From Thermodesulfobacteriota bacterium (GTDB lineage Bacteria > Desulfobacterota > Desulfobulbia > Desulfobulbales > SURF-16), in the NCBI GenBank assembly GCA_039715015.1, contig JBDLIE010000006.1:29405-93404 (forward strand): 64,000 bases of DNA, written 5' to 3'. The notes below the pieces were generated by a model that saw nothing but the letters and a program-made list of their open reading frames with translations, had not been told where the DNA came from and searched no databases. The translations under genes and the position numbers were made by a program. Numbering within the stretch: position 1 is the first letter of the stretch; each line of letters starts with the position of its first letter. This document shows, piece after piece, positions 55,093-64,000 of this stretch.

Positions 55093-56646
55093 TTAGGTCC
55101 GCGGTGTTCTGTAATCCCGGGAGTGGATACCGTATTTATGAATCTTGTAGTTGATGATCCGCAAAGAAGAATCCAGATATTTGGAGGCCTTTGTCTGGTT
55201 GCCGTTTGTGTGTTTTAAGGCCTCGATAATCAGTTCCCGTTCGAAATTCTCCACTGCTGCTGCAAACGACAGGGGGTTTTTCTCAGAGGTGCTGTCGGCT
55301 GTCTGCAGGGTGGGGGGAAGATGAAAACTCTTGATGGTGTCGCCATCGCAGATCAAAACGGCCCGCTCAATACAGTTTTGCAGCTCCCTGACATTCCCCG
55401 GCCAATGGTACTGTATGAGAAGATCAATGGCCGGTGTCGAAATGCGGGAAATCTCCTTATTATTTTCCTTACAAAACTCCCCAAGAAAATGTTCACCCAG
55501 GAGCAGAATATCGGTACGCCGCATGCGTAAGGCTGGAAGATAGACAGGAAAGACATTGAGGCGATAGTAGAAATCCTCGCGAAAACGGCCCGCCTCCACG
55601 GCCTTTTCAAGATCAACATGGGTAGCGGTCACCAGGCGCACATTACAGGTGACAGGAGAGAGCCCGCCCAGGCGCTGAAATTCCCGGTCCTGAATGACAT
55701 TAAGCAGCTTAACCTGGACGGCCTGGCTCAACTCACCAATCTCATCAAGAAACAGCGTCCCACCCTCAGCCAACTCAAAACGGCCCTTCTTGGCCGTGGT
55801 GGCACCGGTGAAGGCCCCTTTTTCATGGCCGAAAAGTTCACTTTCCAGAAGGGTTTCCGGCAGGGCAGAGCAATTCACCACCACAAAGGGCTTGTCAGCC
55901 CGGTTACTGTTATAATGGAGGGCCTTGGCAACCAAGGTCTTACCGGTACCGGACTCACCACGCAAAAGCACAGTGGCGTTAGAATCAGCCACCCGGTGGA
56001 TCATCTCAAAGACCTCGCGCATCCGCGAGCTGTTACTGACGATATTGCCAATCTGGTATTTGCCGGAAAGCTGCCGCTTTAGGGAAATATTTTCAGTGAC
56101 CAGCACCCTTTTTTCTTCATTCACCGCCTTGATTCGGGTAACCGCCTGGGCAATGAGGCCGGAGAGAATGGTCAAAAACTGCAGATCATTTTCAAAATTG
56201 ATGTGCCGGTCATACTCGCGGTCAACACTGAGGGCGCCAATGACTTGCTGGCCATGGGTGATGGGTACACAGAAAAAGGAGATCTGTTTCTGGGAGATGT
56301 CGCCCCGGGCCCTTGTTCTGTTGAGAAAGAGAGGCTCGTCGCTGATGGATGGCACTACAATGGGGGCGCCAGTGGCGACAACCCGGCCGGTAATGCCTTC
56401 GCCCACCTCATATTTCCCCCGTTTGCGGGCCTCGGCAGTCAGTCCATGGGCTACCTCAATCTCAAGCTGAGAATTGGTGGGATTAATAATACTCACCGTA
56501 CCGTTATTCATCCCCCGGCTGGAGGAAAGAATCCCCATGATCTGCTCAAGGCATTCCCTGAGATCTGTGGAGGAGGCCAGCACCTTGGTGACCTCATAAA
56601 GGCTGGTAACATCCGCAAGTTTCTGGTCAATCTTATTCTTGGTCAT
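55093..56646 (-). CDS. GAF-domain sigma54 activator (NifA-like architecture)
   Basis: GAF ([16 protein letters not shown]), [25 protein letters not shown]. Confidence 0.93.
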   Translation of the reverse strand: MTKNKIDQKLADVTSLYEVTKVLASSTDLRECLEQIMGILSSSRGMNNGTVSIINPTNSQLEIEVAHGLTAEARKRGKYEVGEGITGRVVATGAPIVVPSISDEPLFLNRTRARGDISQKQISFFCVPITHGQQVIGALSVDREYDRHINFENDLQFLTILSGLIAQAVTRIKAVNEEKRVLVTENISLKRQLSGKYQIGNIVSNSSRMREVFEMIHRVADSNATVLLRGESGTGKTLVAKALHYNSNRADKPFVVVNCSALPETLLESELFGHEKGAFTGATTAKKGRFELAEGGTLFLDEIGELSQAVQVKLLNVIQDREFQRLGGLSPVTCNVRLVTATHVDLEKAVEAGRFREDFYYRLNVFPVYLPALRMRRTDILLLGEHFLGEFCKENNKEISRISTPAIDLLIQYHWPGNVRELQNCIERAVLICDGDTIKSFHLPPTLQTADSTSEKNPLSFAAAVENFERELIIEALKHTNGNQTKASKYLDSSLRIINYKIHKYGIHSRDYRTPRT

Positions 56647-56872
56647 GTCCGTTTATCTGCCGGGGAAGGTTGGTGTTGCCCGGCTATCTTTTTAGCGAGG
56701 TAAGGCCAAATAAAAAACCGCTGAAAGAGAGGGCTCTTTCAGCGGCAAACATATTACAATTTTGGAAAAAAATCGAGACTTTCAAGAATACTCAACAAAA
56801 AACAGGGGCCCTGAACCGTTACCAACAGCAAGAGTAGGCGCAAAGCGGCAATAAAAAGAAAAGGCTGCACCC

Positions 56873-57127
56873 CTACTCTTCACATTCCGTAGGACAAATC
56901 ACCATTACTTCATTTTTGTTTAAACTGAGAAATTTTGTTTTATGGAGCACTTCACCGGTGTTGATGTTAGAAACCGTGGCATCGGTGACCGGAATAAAGG
57001 TCTTTTCCGTGGCCCCCAGATAGTCGGTCATCCTCTCCTGGGGCAGCAGGTGGATAACCCCCTCAATCTTGAGGCTGTCGGTGAAAATGACGGCATGAAA
57101 TTTTTCTTTTTCTATCTGAATAAACAT
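56873..57127 (-). CDS. Small conserved hypothetical protein (DUF6812-like)
   Basis: GGAGGAG RBS; IEG.IHL...RMTDYL....FIPVTDA, FLSLNK. Confidence 0.75.
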   Translation of the reverse strand: MFIQIEKEKFHAVIFTDSLKIEGVIHLLPQERMTDYLGATEKTFIPVTDATVSNINTGEVLHKTKFLSLNKNEVMVICPTECEE

Positions 57128-57273
57128 TGTCTCCTCCTGTTCGACAGATCCATGGGCTGGCCGACACATTTATTTGGCAATAAACAACCCATTAAATTCA
57201 GAATATTGTCCCCGTCTTGAAAAGTCAACGCCGCTCAGGCGTGTTGCGGCAAATCTACTTTTGGGCGCCGCTG

Positions 57274-58299
57274 CTATATGGCATCACCAAACCTGGTACA
57301 TATCTCACCATACACCCTGTCCACACTTATGTTTTCCATACACTGCCAATGGCTGCAAGGCTTCCAGCGGTAGCAAGGGGCACAGTCAAGTTCCTCGCGG
57401 ATAACGGTATGGATATCGCCATATGGCCCGGTCCTCATTGGGTTTGCCGGACCAAAGATGGCAAAAACCGGTACCCCTTGGGCAGCGGCAATATGCATGG
57501 GACCGGTATCGTTGGTAACAAAGAAGGTGGCTTTTTTGATGACTGCCGCCAGCTCTTTAAGATTGGTACGACCGGCAATGGAAAGGGCTTTACCGTCTGA
57601 TGCCGCCACGGCCTTGCGGGCCACGTTCTCCTCTGCCTTGCCGGCAATAATAACCACCGGCATACTGAGCCGCCCTGCCAGCTCACCAAAACGTTCGGCA
57701 GGCCATCGGTTGGCCTCCTTCCCTGCCGAGGGTGCAAACACCGCGTATTGCTCCGGCAGTTCTGCACAGATGGGAGGGTTCTCGTCAAAGGGGGCAAAGG
57801 GGTAGCTTACCTCACTGGTATCACAGCCAAGAAGAGCGGCCAGCTTCAGGTAGCGGTCAATGGCATGGATGGCATCGCCGCCCGGAATTTTTTGATTATA
57901 AAAAAAAGGGCTGCCCTCGTTGGAATCGGAAAAACCAAGGCGCAGGCTGGCTCCTCCGGCCCAAGTCAACAGGCCGCTGCGCAGGAGGCCGGAAAGATCC
58001 ACCGACACATCAAACTTTTCCCGCCGCAAGGCCTGCCATAAATCCTTAAGCTCCCCCAAGGTCCGGCCCAGATGGGCGGCTTGTTTCCAGCGCTGCTTAT
58101 CAAAAAGCCAAAGACGGTCAATAAGAGGATGACCTTCGAGAAAGGTATGGAGGCCTTTGGCGACCAGCCAATGGACCTCGCAGCCCGGATAGGTTTTCTT
58201 GACAGCGGCCAGAAAGGGCAGCGTGTGGACAATATCACCCAGAGCACTGGGCTTTATAATGAGGAGTTTATCCATTTTTGGAGGAAAAACAGGGGGCAT
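57274..58299 (-). CDS. GT9 LPS heptosyltransferase (WaaC/WaaF-like)
   Basis: KPSALGDIVH, RWP.ERF, NDTGPMHIAAA, FGP; start may be 58275. Confidence 0.92.
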   Translation of the reverse strand: MPPVFPPKMDKLLIIKPSALGDIVHTLPFLAAVKKTYPGCEVHWLVAKGLHTFLEGHPLIDRLWLFDKQRWKQAAHLGRTLGELKDLWQALRREKFDVSVDLSGLLRSGLLTWAGGASLRLGFSDSNEGSPFFYNQKIPGGDAIHAIDRYLKLAALLGCDTSEVSYPFAPFDENPPICAELPEQYAVFAPSAGKEANRWPAERFGELAGRLSMPVVIIAGKAEENVARKAVAASDGKALSIAGRTNLKELAAVIKKATFFVTNDTGPMHIAAAQGVPVFAIFGPANPMRTGPYGDIHTVIREELDCAPCYRWKPCSHWQCMENISVDRVYGEICTRFGDAI

Positions 58300-58339
58300 T
58301 GCATATCCTTAAATAAATGCCCTTGAGATTGGTTCAAAA

Positions 58340-58855
58340 TCAGGGCAGGGTCTCAAGCCAGTCCGCCAGAACAGCTGACCAACGGCGATAACCTTCATTG
58401 CTTAAATGAACCCCATCCTCAACAAAACAAGAGACTGGATCTTCATCCTGGAAGGATTCACAGATATCCAGATACACGCCCCAATCCTGCTTGGCAAGCT
58501 CTTTTAAGAGATCGTTGAGCCGCTCAACGGCACCGGGAGCCAACCAGGGCAATTGAAGGGGCAGAAGACTACAGAGGGCAATAGTGGCCCCTGGATAGTT
58601 GGCATGCAGGTCGGCAACAAGCTGTTCGTACTCGGCAAGAAAGCCAAACTCGGACATCACCAGATTATTGGTGCCGATCATCACCACCACAAAATCGGCC
58701 TGGGGATACCGGCCAACAATCTGGGCCACCTGGCCTCGGCAACCAGCCACTGTTTCTCCGGGCACTCCGAGATTAACACAGTTGAACTCGGGAAAACGCT
58801 GTTGCCAGTCAAAATAGGCAATGAGGGAATCACCGACAAAAAGGATGTTCTGCAC
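58340..58855 (-). CDS. SGNH/GDSL hydrolase
   Basis: FVGDSL, NLGVPG, IGTNN, DGVHL; GTG start at 58855 adjacent to the glgX stop. Confidence 0.9.
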   Translation of the reverse strand: MQNILFVGDSLIAYFDWQQRFPEFNCVNLGVPGETVAGCRGQVAQIVGRYPQADFVVVMIGTNNLVMSEFGFLAEYEQLVADLHANYPGATIALCSLLPLQLPWLAPGAVERLNDLLKELAKQDWGVYLDICESFQDEDPVSCFVEDGVHLSNEGYRRWSAVLADWLETLP

Positions 58856-58856
58856 C

Positions 58857-60968
58857 CTACCCCCTCCACCCTTTAGGTTTGGAGACCAGAACAACTGCTG
58901 CCATGCCCCCAACCTGAATCTTTCCCTGCCCCACCTCCGTGCCCTCTTTTTCAGCAACAATATCAGCCGGGGAGTCTGCCGCCGTGTCAATAACGCTCCG
59001 CCAGCTCCGCCGATGGTCCAAATCAGGGATGATAAAGCTCTTTTTACTTAGAGAACCATTAAGCATGATAAAAAAATCATCATCCCTGCTGCCGGTGACC
59101 TGATCACCGTGTAACAGGAAGGCCAGGCAGAGATTATCCTCAGTCCAATCCTGCTTGCCAGGTATGCGGGATTGCCAGGTGATGCCCGGGGCATGCTCCT
59201 CATCGTCAAAGAACTCGCAGCGCCTGAAAATTTTATGCCTCCGGCGCAGAGCAATGAGCATTTTGAAGAATCGGAGCTGGCCCTTGTTCTTTTCAGCCAG
59301 CTGCCAGTTAAGCCAACTGAGTTCGTTGTCCTGGCACCAGGCATTATTATTGCCAAGCTGCGACCTGCCAAACTCATCACCGGCCACCAGCATCGGCACG
59401 CCCTGGGACAACATGAGAATCACCGCCATGGTCCGCAACCTGGTATGGCGTAATACGTTGACTTCACCATTTTCAGCCGGCCCTTCAGCCCCACTGTTCC
59501 AGCTGATATTGTGATTATCGCCGTCCTGGTTATTCTCTCCATTACGGCCATTATGCTTCTCGTTGTAGCTGACCAGATCATACAGGGTGAAACCGTCATG
59601 GCTGGTGATGAAATTGATGGAATTATAGGGGGTGCGCGAACTCCATTTATAGAGATCGGAACTCCCTGCAATACGGGTGGCCAGATCAGCCACCGAGTCC
59701 TCATGGCCGCACATGAAGCTCCTCACATCGTCTCGAAAGCGGCCATTCCACTCGGCCCAGCGGCGATGGGTGGAGAAACTGCCCACCTGGTAGACCCCGG
59801 CGGCATCCCAGGCTTCAGCAATGATTTTGGTGTTGGCCAGTACCGGGTCTTCGGCAATCTGCTCAACCATGGGCGGGTTGCTGAGAATCTCCCCTGATGG
59901 CGAGCGCCCCAGAATGGAGGCCAGATCAAACCGGAAGCCATCCACATGCATTTCAATTACCCAGTACCGCAGGCAGTCCATAATAAAATTACGGACCAAC
60001 GGGTGATTGCAGTTAAAAGTATTGCCGCAGCCTGAAAAATTATAATAGCGATGATCTTTATCCAGCAGATAATAGATAGTGTTATCCAGGCCACGAAAGG
60101 AAAAGGTCTGGCCTTTATAATCGCCCTCACCGGTGTGGTTAAAGACCACATCGAGAATCACCTCAAGACCGGCTTCATGAAAGGCCTTGACCATCTCCTT
60201 AAATTCGCGGATCTGACCGCCGTCTGGGCCTGTTGCAGCATAGGCGGCTTTGGGGGCGAAAAAGGCAATGGGATTATATCCCCAATAATTTTTCAATAAT
60301 TCACCGCTCTCAGGATCGGTAAAAAGTTCCTCATTCTCGACGAATTCAGAAACCGGCATGAGTTCCACCGCTGTCACCCCGAGTTCTTGCAGGTGCGGAA
60401 TCTTTTCAATCAGGCCTTGATAGGTCCCGGGCTGGGCCACCCCGGAACTCTTGTGCTGTGTATAACCCCTGACATGGAGCTCGTAGATCACTGAATCTTT
60501 CAGCGGGATATTAAGAGGCCTGTCATGGCCCCAGTCAAAATCATTATGGGCAACAACACCGCGCCGGCCAAAACGTCGTTCGCTCTCGCTCCCGCCTTTA
60601 AGATTCGGCTTATGGCCCCACTCACCGCAATTGCTTAAGGACCCTGCATAGGGATCAAGAAGAAAGCGGTCATGCCTGAAGCAATGGCCTTTCCCCTGCG
60701 GGTCATTAGGTCCGACAACCCGGTAGCCATATTCAATCTGAGCTGGAAGCCCCCAAATTTGAACATGCCAGACATCACCGGTGCGGTTGACCTCGGTATC
60801 GAAAAAAATCTCCTGCCAAATTTCCGTCTGGCCAGGCAGAAACAAGACCAAAGAAACCTGTTCGGCATGGTGGGAAAAAAGTGAAAAATTGATCCAGTCC
60901 TCATGGAAACTTACCCCCATAGGCAGGGGCACACCAGGACCAAAAGCAAGAGGAGAATTTTCTTTCAT
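58857..60968 (-). CDS. glgX: Glycogen debranching enzyme / isoamylase (GH13)
   Basis: IYELHV, NYWGY, DVVFNHT, VDGFRFDLAS, AEAWD, INFITSHDGFTL. Confidence 0.96.
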   Translation of the reverse strand: MKENSPLAFGPGVPLPMGVSFHEDWINFSLFSHHAEQVSLVLFLPGQTEIWQEIFFDTEVNRTGDVWHVQIWGLPAQIEYGYRVVGPNDPQGKGHCFRHDRFLLDPYAGSLSNCGEWGHKPNLKGGSESERRFGRRGVVAHNDFDWGHDRPLNIPLKDSVIYELHVRGYTQHKSSGVAQPGTYQGLIEKIPHLQELGVTAVELMPVSEFVENEELFTDPESGELLKNYWGYNPIAFFAPKAAYAATGPDGGQIREFKEMVKAFHEAGLEVILDVVFNHTGEGDYKGQTFSFRGLDNTIYYLLDKDHRYYNFSGCGNTFNCNHPLVRNFIMDCLRYWVIEMHVDGFRFDLASILGRSPSGEILSNPPMVEQIAEDPVLANTKIIAEAWDAAGVYQVGSFSTHRRWAEWNGRFRDDVRSFMCGHEDSVADLATRIAGSSDLYKWSSRTPYNSINFITSHDGFTLYDLVSYNEKHNGRNGENNQDGDNHNISWNSGAEGPAENGEVNVLRHTRLRTMAVILMLSQGVPMLVAGDEFGRSQLGNNNAWCQDNELSWLNWQLAEKNKGQLRFFKMLIALRRRHKIFRRCEFFDDEEHAPGITWQSRIPGKQDWTEDNLCLAFLLHGDQVTGSRDDDFFIMLNGSLSKKSFIIPDLDHRRSWRSVIDTAADSPADIVAEKEGTEVGQGKIQVGGMAAVVLVSKPKGWRG

Positions 60969-60977
60969 CTTATTTAG

Positions 60978-61017
60978 TAATAATTATTATTGACAAATCA
61001 TTCCGTACTGATAACAT
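60978..61017 (+). promoter_or_regulatory. Fur/PerR-like 7-1-7 box overlapping a sigma70 promoter
   Basis: TAATAAT-T-ATTATTG overlapping TTGACA-N16-TAACAT. Confidence 0.5.
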
Positions 61018-61221
61018 TGTAGCATGTTGCCCGGGGGTTATTGTTTTTTTCTGATTTAAAAAAACGACTTTTCCTTGGCGCAGATCGCCAGCCATGCAAC
61101 CCTGGCAAAGGAACCGCCTTTACGTTGCAAACGGCAGACAACCTTGTATGAACCCTTCTTTTGTGGGCCAAAACGGCCATGAACGGTTCTCTTCATGTTA
61201 ACCACTTCGTAAAGGTGACCC

Positions 61222-62169
61222 ATGGGACTTTTCGACAAGCTTGCCATTGACTCAAAAATTACCCCTTCCATTGACTGGGACCTGCTCCCGGCAGAGACCT
61301 TTTCCATCTTCGAAAGCTGGGGAGGAAAGGAACGCATTACAAACGACAGGGAACGATTCTACTATTTTTTCATCGATGGCTGGGGAGAACCTCCAAGCCT
61401 CTGTCTCATGGAGAGGGGTATCAAACACGCCCGAGTCCTGGCCCGCATTGACGCCCCCCAGGAGCTCATCGACCAGGCCCTCCGTGACGATGGAAAATCC
61501 AGATCTCTGGACCGCAACTATGCCATCAATGACGCCCTGAAAAAATGGCTGCTGGCCAATGTGGTGGACAGTGATAACGACTCCCTGGTAACCCCCCTCT
61601 TTGCTCCCCAGCAAGAGGAGCAGACCGACACCTCTAATCTTCCTAAGGCAGACACCCCTCTACCGGCCAATTTAAACACCGTCTCTCTTCCCAACCAAGC
61701 ACGACATGTCCAGGAAGAGGATATTCCCGGTATTGTTAAAGACTATAATTTCTATGACGCCATCCGCAATCCCCAGGGGATCTATCGTAATTTCCTCGTT
61801 GATAACGGAGACGATGCCACTGCCACTGACAAAACCACCGGCCTGATGTGGCAACGCCATGGCCTTGACATCACCTCCATCCGCAAGCTCCGCAAACATA
61901 TTGCCAACTTAAACAAAAATAATTTTGCCGGTTTTTCAGACTGGCGCCTGCCCACCATTGAAGAGGCGCTGTCGCTGATGCGGCCGGAGAAGAACAAAAG
62001 AGACTTGCACCTTGACCCGGCATTCTCCGGCGACATTCCCTTTATTTTTGTGGCTGAGGAGCGAGACCCAGGCGGTTACTGGTTCTGTGATTATAAACGG
62101 GGGTCTGTGTTCTGGGCCTCCGGCACCATTCCCGGTGGTTTTGGGCGGGTGTGCCGGACAGCGGCCTAA
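61222..62169 (+). CDS. DVU0772-like N-terminal domain fused to a DUF1566 (Lcl-type) domain
   Basis: IDWDL.P...F..FESWG N-terminus; DNGD.T.TD..TGLMWQ and AGFSDWRLPTIEE DUF1566 motifs. Confidence 0.75.
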   Translation: MGLFDKLAIDSKITPSIDWDLLPAETFSIFESWGGKERITNDRERFYYFFIDGWGEPPSLCLMERGIKHARVLARIDAPQELIDQALRDDGKSRSLDRNYAINDALKKWLLANVVDSDNDSLVTPLFAPQQEEQTDTSNLPKADTPLPANLNTVSLPNQARHVQEEDIPGIVKDYNFYDAIRNPQGIYRNFLVDNGDDATATDKTTGLMWQRHGLDITSIRKLRKHIANLNKNNFAGFSDWRLPTIEEALSLMRPEKNKRDLHLDPAFSGDIPFIFVAEERDPGGYWFCDYKRGSVFWASGTIPGGFGRVCRTAA

Positions 62170-62199
62170 AAAAGCTGCTGAACAGCCGCAAAAAGCAAA

Positions 62200-62237
62200 A
62201 AAAGACGGCAGAGACTCAGTTCTCCGCCGTCTTTTTC
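62200..62237. terminator. Bidirectional terminator
   Basis: AAAAAGACGGCAGAGA...TCTCCGCCGTCTTTTT. Confidence 0.75.
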
Positions 62238-62306
62238 CATTTTCGACATCTTTTTTGGGGAAACCAGGGGGGCCGATTACAAGGGGCTGTTTGATCTTGG
62301 CTGCAA

Positions 62307-62334
62307 GGTTCCCTGCCTGCTCAGGGCTGAATGG
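62307..62334. repeat. Short inverted copy of the 34792 element
   Basis: Reverse complement CCATTCAGCCCTGAGCAGGCAGGGAACC. Confidence 0.65.
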
Positions 62335-62404
62335 AGGGGGGAGAAATCGACAAGGGACCGAAACAAATTTGTCAATCCTTCTCCCACCGCTTGTTCGGCT
62401 ATTT

Positions 62405-63727
62405 TTACTCTTCTTTCTTTACAAACTCTGGATAATGTTTTTTCGCACAATCAGGGCAAATACCGTGGCTAATATCAGCCTGGGAGTGTGAGTAGATATA
62501 ACCGTCCACCTCTTCCCATTCATCTTTTTCGTTTCTTATTTTTTTGCAGAATGAACAGAGGGGCAGTATCCCTTCCAGGGTTTTAATTTCCTTTTCTGCT
62601 TTCTTGCGTTCTTCAATTTCCCCTCGTAATGCTCTATTAATTTCAACAAGCTCCTCTGTGCGTTCCTTTATCTTCAGTTCTAAGTCGTCATATGCCCTTT
62701 GAAGGTCAATTTGAGCTTTTTTCTCCTTGGTTATTTCGTGCATAGAGACAACCGCCCCGATCTTCTTGCCATTATCATCAACCAAGGGCTGCCCACTGGC
62801 TAACACAACCCTCTTAACTCCATCTTTGGGGATTATGCACATTTCCTGGTTATGGACATGCACACCCTGGAGTGCTTTATAGAGAGGAATATCCTCTTTT
62901 GGCATTGGGGATGTCCCATCCTCCAAATAGAGATCGTAATGGCTCGCCCATTTTTCAGGGGCAATTCTCTGCGGCGGAATACCGTGAAACTCGCTACTGG
63001 CCCGGTTAAACAAGGTTAAAAGCCCTTTTTCATCACATGCCACTATCCCATCCTTGATGTTATACAAAACCGTTTTCAGAAATGATTGATGCTCCTTGGC
63101 CTTGCTCTCAGCCTGCCTCCTTGCATTTAACTCCTGTTGATTGCTAATTCCGGAATCGATCAGGTCAAAAATAATTTTATGGATATGCCGATACGTTGCC
63201 ACAGAAAACAAGACAAAAACTATAATCATGAAGCACATTGCATGGCCAACAGGATCATCCAATTGGTAGTACTTGAATAAAATAGGAACCACGGCAGGAA
63301 TACAATAATAATAAAAAGCGCCTGGCAAGGCGGCAGAAGAGGCAGTGGCACCTGCAATCATGCCACCAAGAATGAATGCAACTATAATCTGATGGGCAAT
63401 ATCATTTTCAGGAAACAAAAAAATTCCAGCCATTCCCCATATTAATCCGGACAAAAAAAGCCCGCCAATATAGAAAAAACCCCACTGCTGTGAGCTGATC
63501 AGGGTATTTTTCTTTTTATACAAATATGACCCGAGACGGCCACATGAGACCAATAACAAAACACTGAGCCAGGTTATTAAAGTCAGATGAGCTATTACCC
63601 GCCACTGGACATACACTAAGACACAGGAGTTCACCAAATTAACCGATAAACTTGCCGGTAATCCCTCATAAGCCTTCTCGACTTGCTTCGCAAAAATATT
63701 TTGCTGTCGTTCCGGGTCAGATTTCAT
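62405..63727 (-). CDS. Membrane PAS sensor with a C-terminal Cys/His Zn-ribbon-like domain
   Basis: About 5-6 TM helices, PAS (NIKDGIVACD..G.LTLFN), coiled coil, ILPLCSFCKKIR...SHGICPDC. Confidence 0.85.
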   Translation of the reverse strand: MKSDPERQQNIFAKQVEKAYEGLPASLSVNLVNSCVLVYVQWRVIAHLTLITWLSVLLLVSCGRLGSYLYKKKNTLISSQQWGFFYIGGLFLSGLIWGMAGIFLFPENDIAHQIIVAFILGGMIAGATASSAALPGAFYYYCIPAVVPILFKYYQLDDPVGHAMCFMIIVFVLFSVATYRHIHKIIFDLIDSGISNQQELNARRQAESKAKEHQSFLKTVLYNIKDGIVACDEKGLLTLFNRASSEFHGIPPQRIAPEKWASHYDLYLEDGTSPMPKEDIPLYKALQGVHVHNQEMCIIPKDGVKRVVLASGQPLVDDNGKKIGAVVSMHEITKEKKAQIDLQRAYDDLELKIKERTEELVEINRALRGEIEERKKAEKEIKTLEGILPLCSFCKKIRNEKDEWEEVDGYIYSHSQADISHGICPDCAKKHYPEFVKKEE

Positions 63728-63794
63728 GCCAATCCCCCAATCAGCTTTTACACAAACAAAACGTTATGGTGTTAATATAGCAGTTCTATGTGTA

Positions 63795-64000
63795 AAAATA
63801 AATAACCGCCACTAGAGGTGGAGGTATTGAGTTAACCCCTGTAAGGGGATGAGTATGCCCTGGCCCCCCGAGGGGGCCGGGGAGTAGTTGTTCCTTTATT
63901 AGGTTAAAACAAGTTCGGTTGGTCTAGCTCAGTTTTCCGCTCTTGTTCCTCTTGATGTTTTACATACTTACGTATCATTTCAGCATCCAAGCCAACCGTA
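63795..64000 (-). mobile_element. IS200/IS605-family element, right end (truncated by window edge)
   Basis: TnpA C-terminus followed by hairpins GGCCCCCTCGGGGGGCC and CCCCTTACAGGGG and subterminal ACCTCCAC-CTCTA-GTGGCGGT; exact end approximate. Confidence 0.85.
63904..64000 (-). CDS. tnpA: IS200-family Y1 transposase, C-terminal fragment
   Basis: TVGLDAEMIRKYVKHQEEQERKTELDQPNLF* carries the TVG...IRxYxxxQ catalytic-Tyr helix. Confidence 0.88.
   Translation of the reverse strand, partial: TVGLDAEMIRKYVKHQEEQERKTELDQPNLF

Noticed and set aside
55093..56646. Calling this gene nifA
   Set aside because: The architecture matches, but there is no nif context and such GAF-EBPs are common in this group.
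1..64000. tRNA, rRNA or known riboswitch genes
   Set aside because: None recognised by eye in the intergenic regions; a covariance-model search would be needed to exclude them.

Overview
Chromosomal segment from what looks like an anaerobic Desulfobacterota member (Desulfobulbales-like, inferred from gene content). It mixes housekeeping genes (aat, purF, kdsD, trxA-trxB-bamD, queH, glgX, umuDC) with three separate methylene-THF-reductase-related loci, two sigma54 modules with visible -24/-12 promoters (an octaheme OTR-type cytochrome and a Zra-like two-component locus), an NrtR-SPFH-NAD-kinase-like-ADP-ribosylglycohydrolase operon with tandem NrtR boxes, a PsrA-like TetR/RND efflux operon, gene remnants, REP-like and structured repeats, and the 3' end of an IS200 element at the right edge. 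The most notable observation is a 73-aa ORF missing from the ORF track (42847..43068). It has an in-frame TGA at the position of the TusA/SirA catalytic cysteine (DYRGDC-U), followed 12 nt later by an fdhF-like SECIS hairpin. It is a probable TusA-fold selenoprotein with a Cys-Sec dyad, encoded 10 nt downstream of a Na+/Pi-cotransporter-family gene, so the pair is a candidate oxyanion uptake/S-Se carrier system. All family assignments come from motif recognition; no searches were run.
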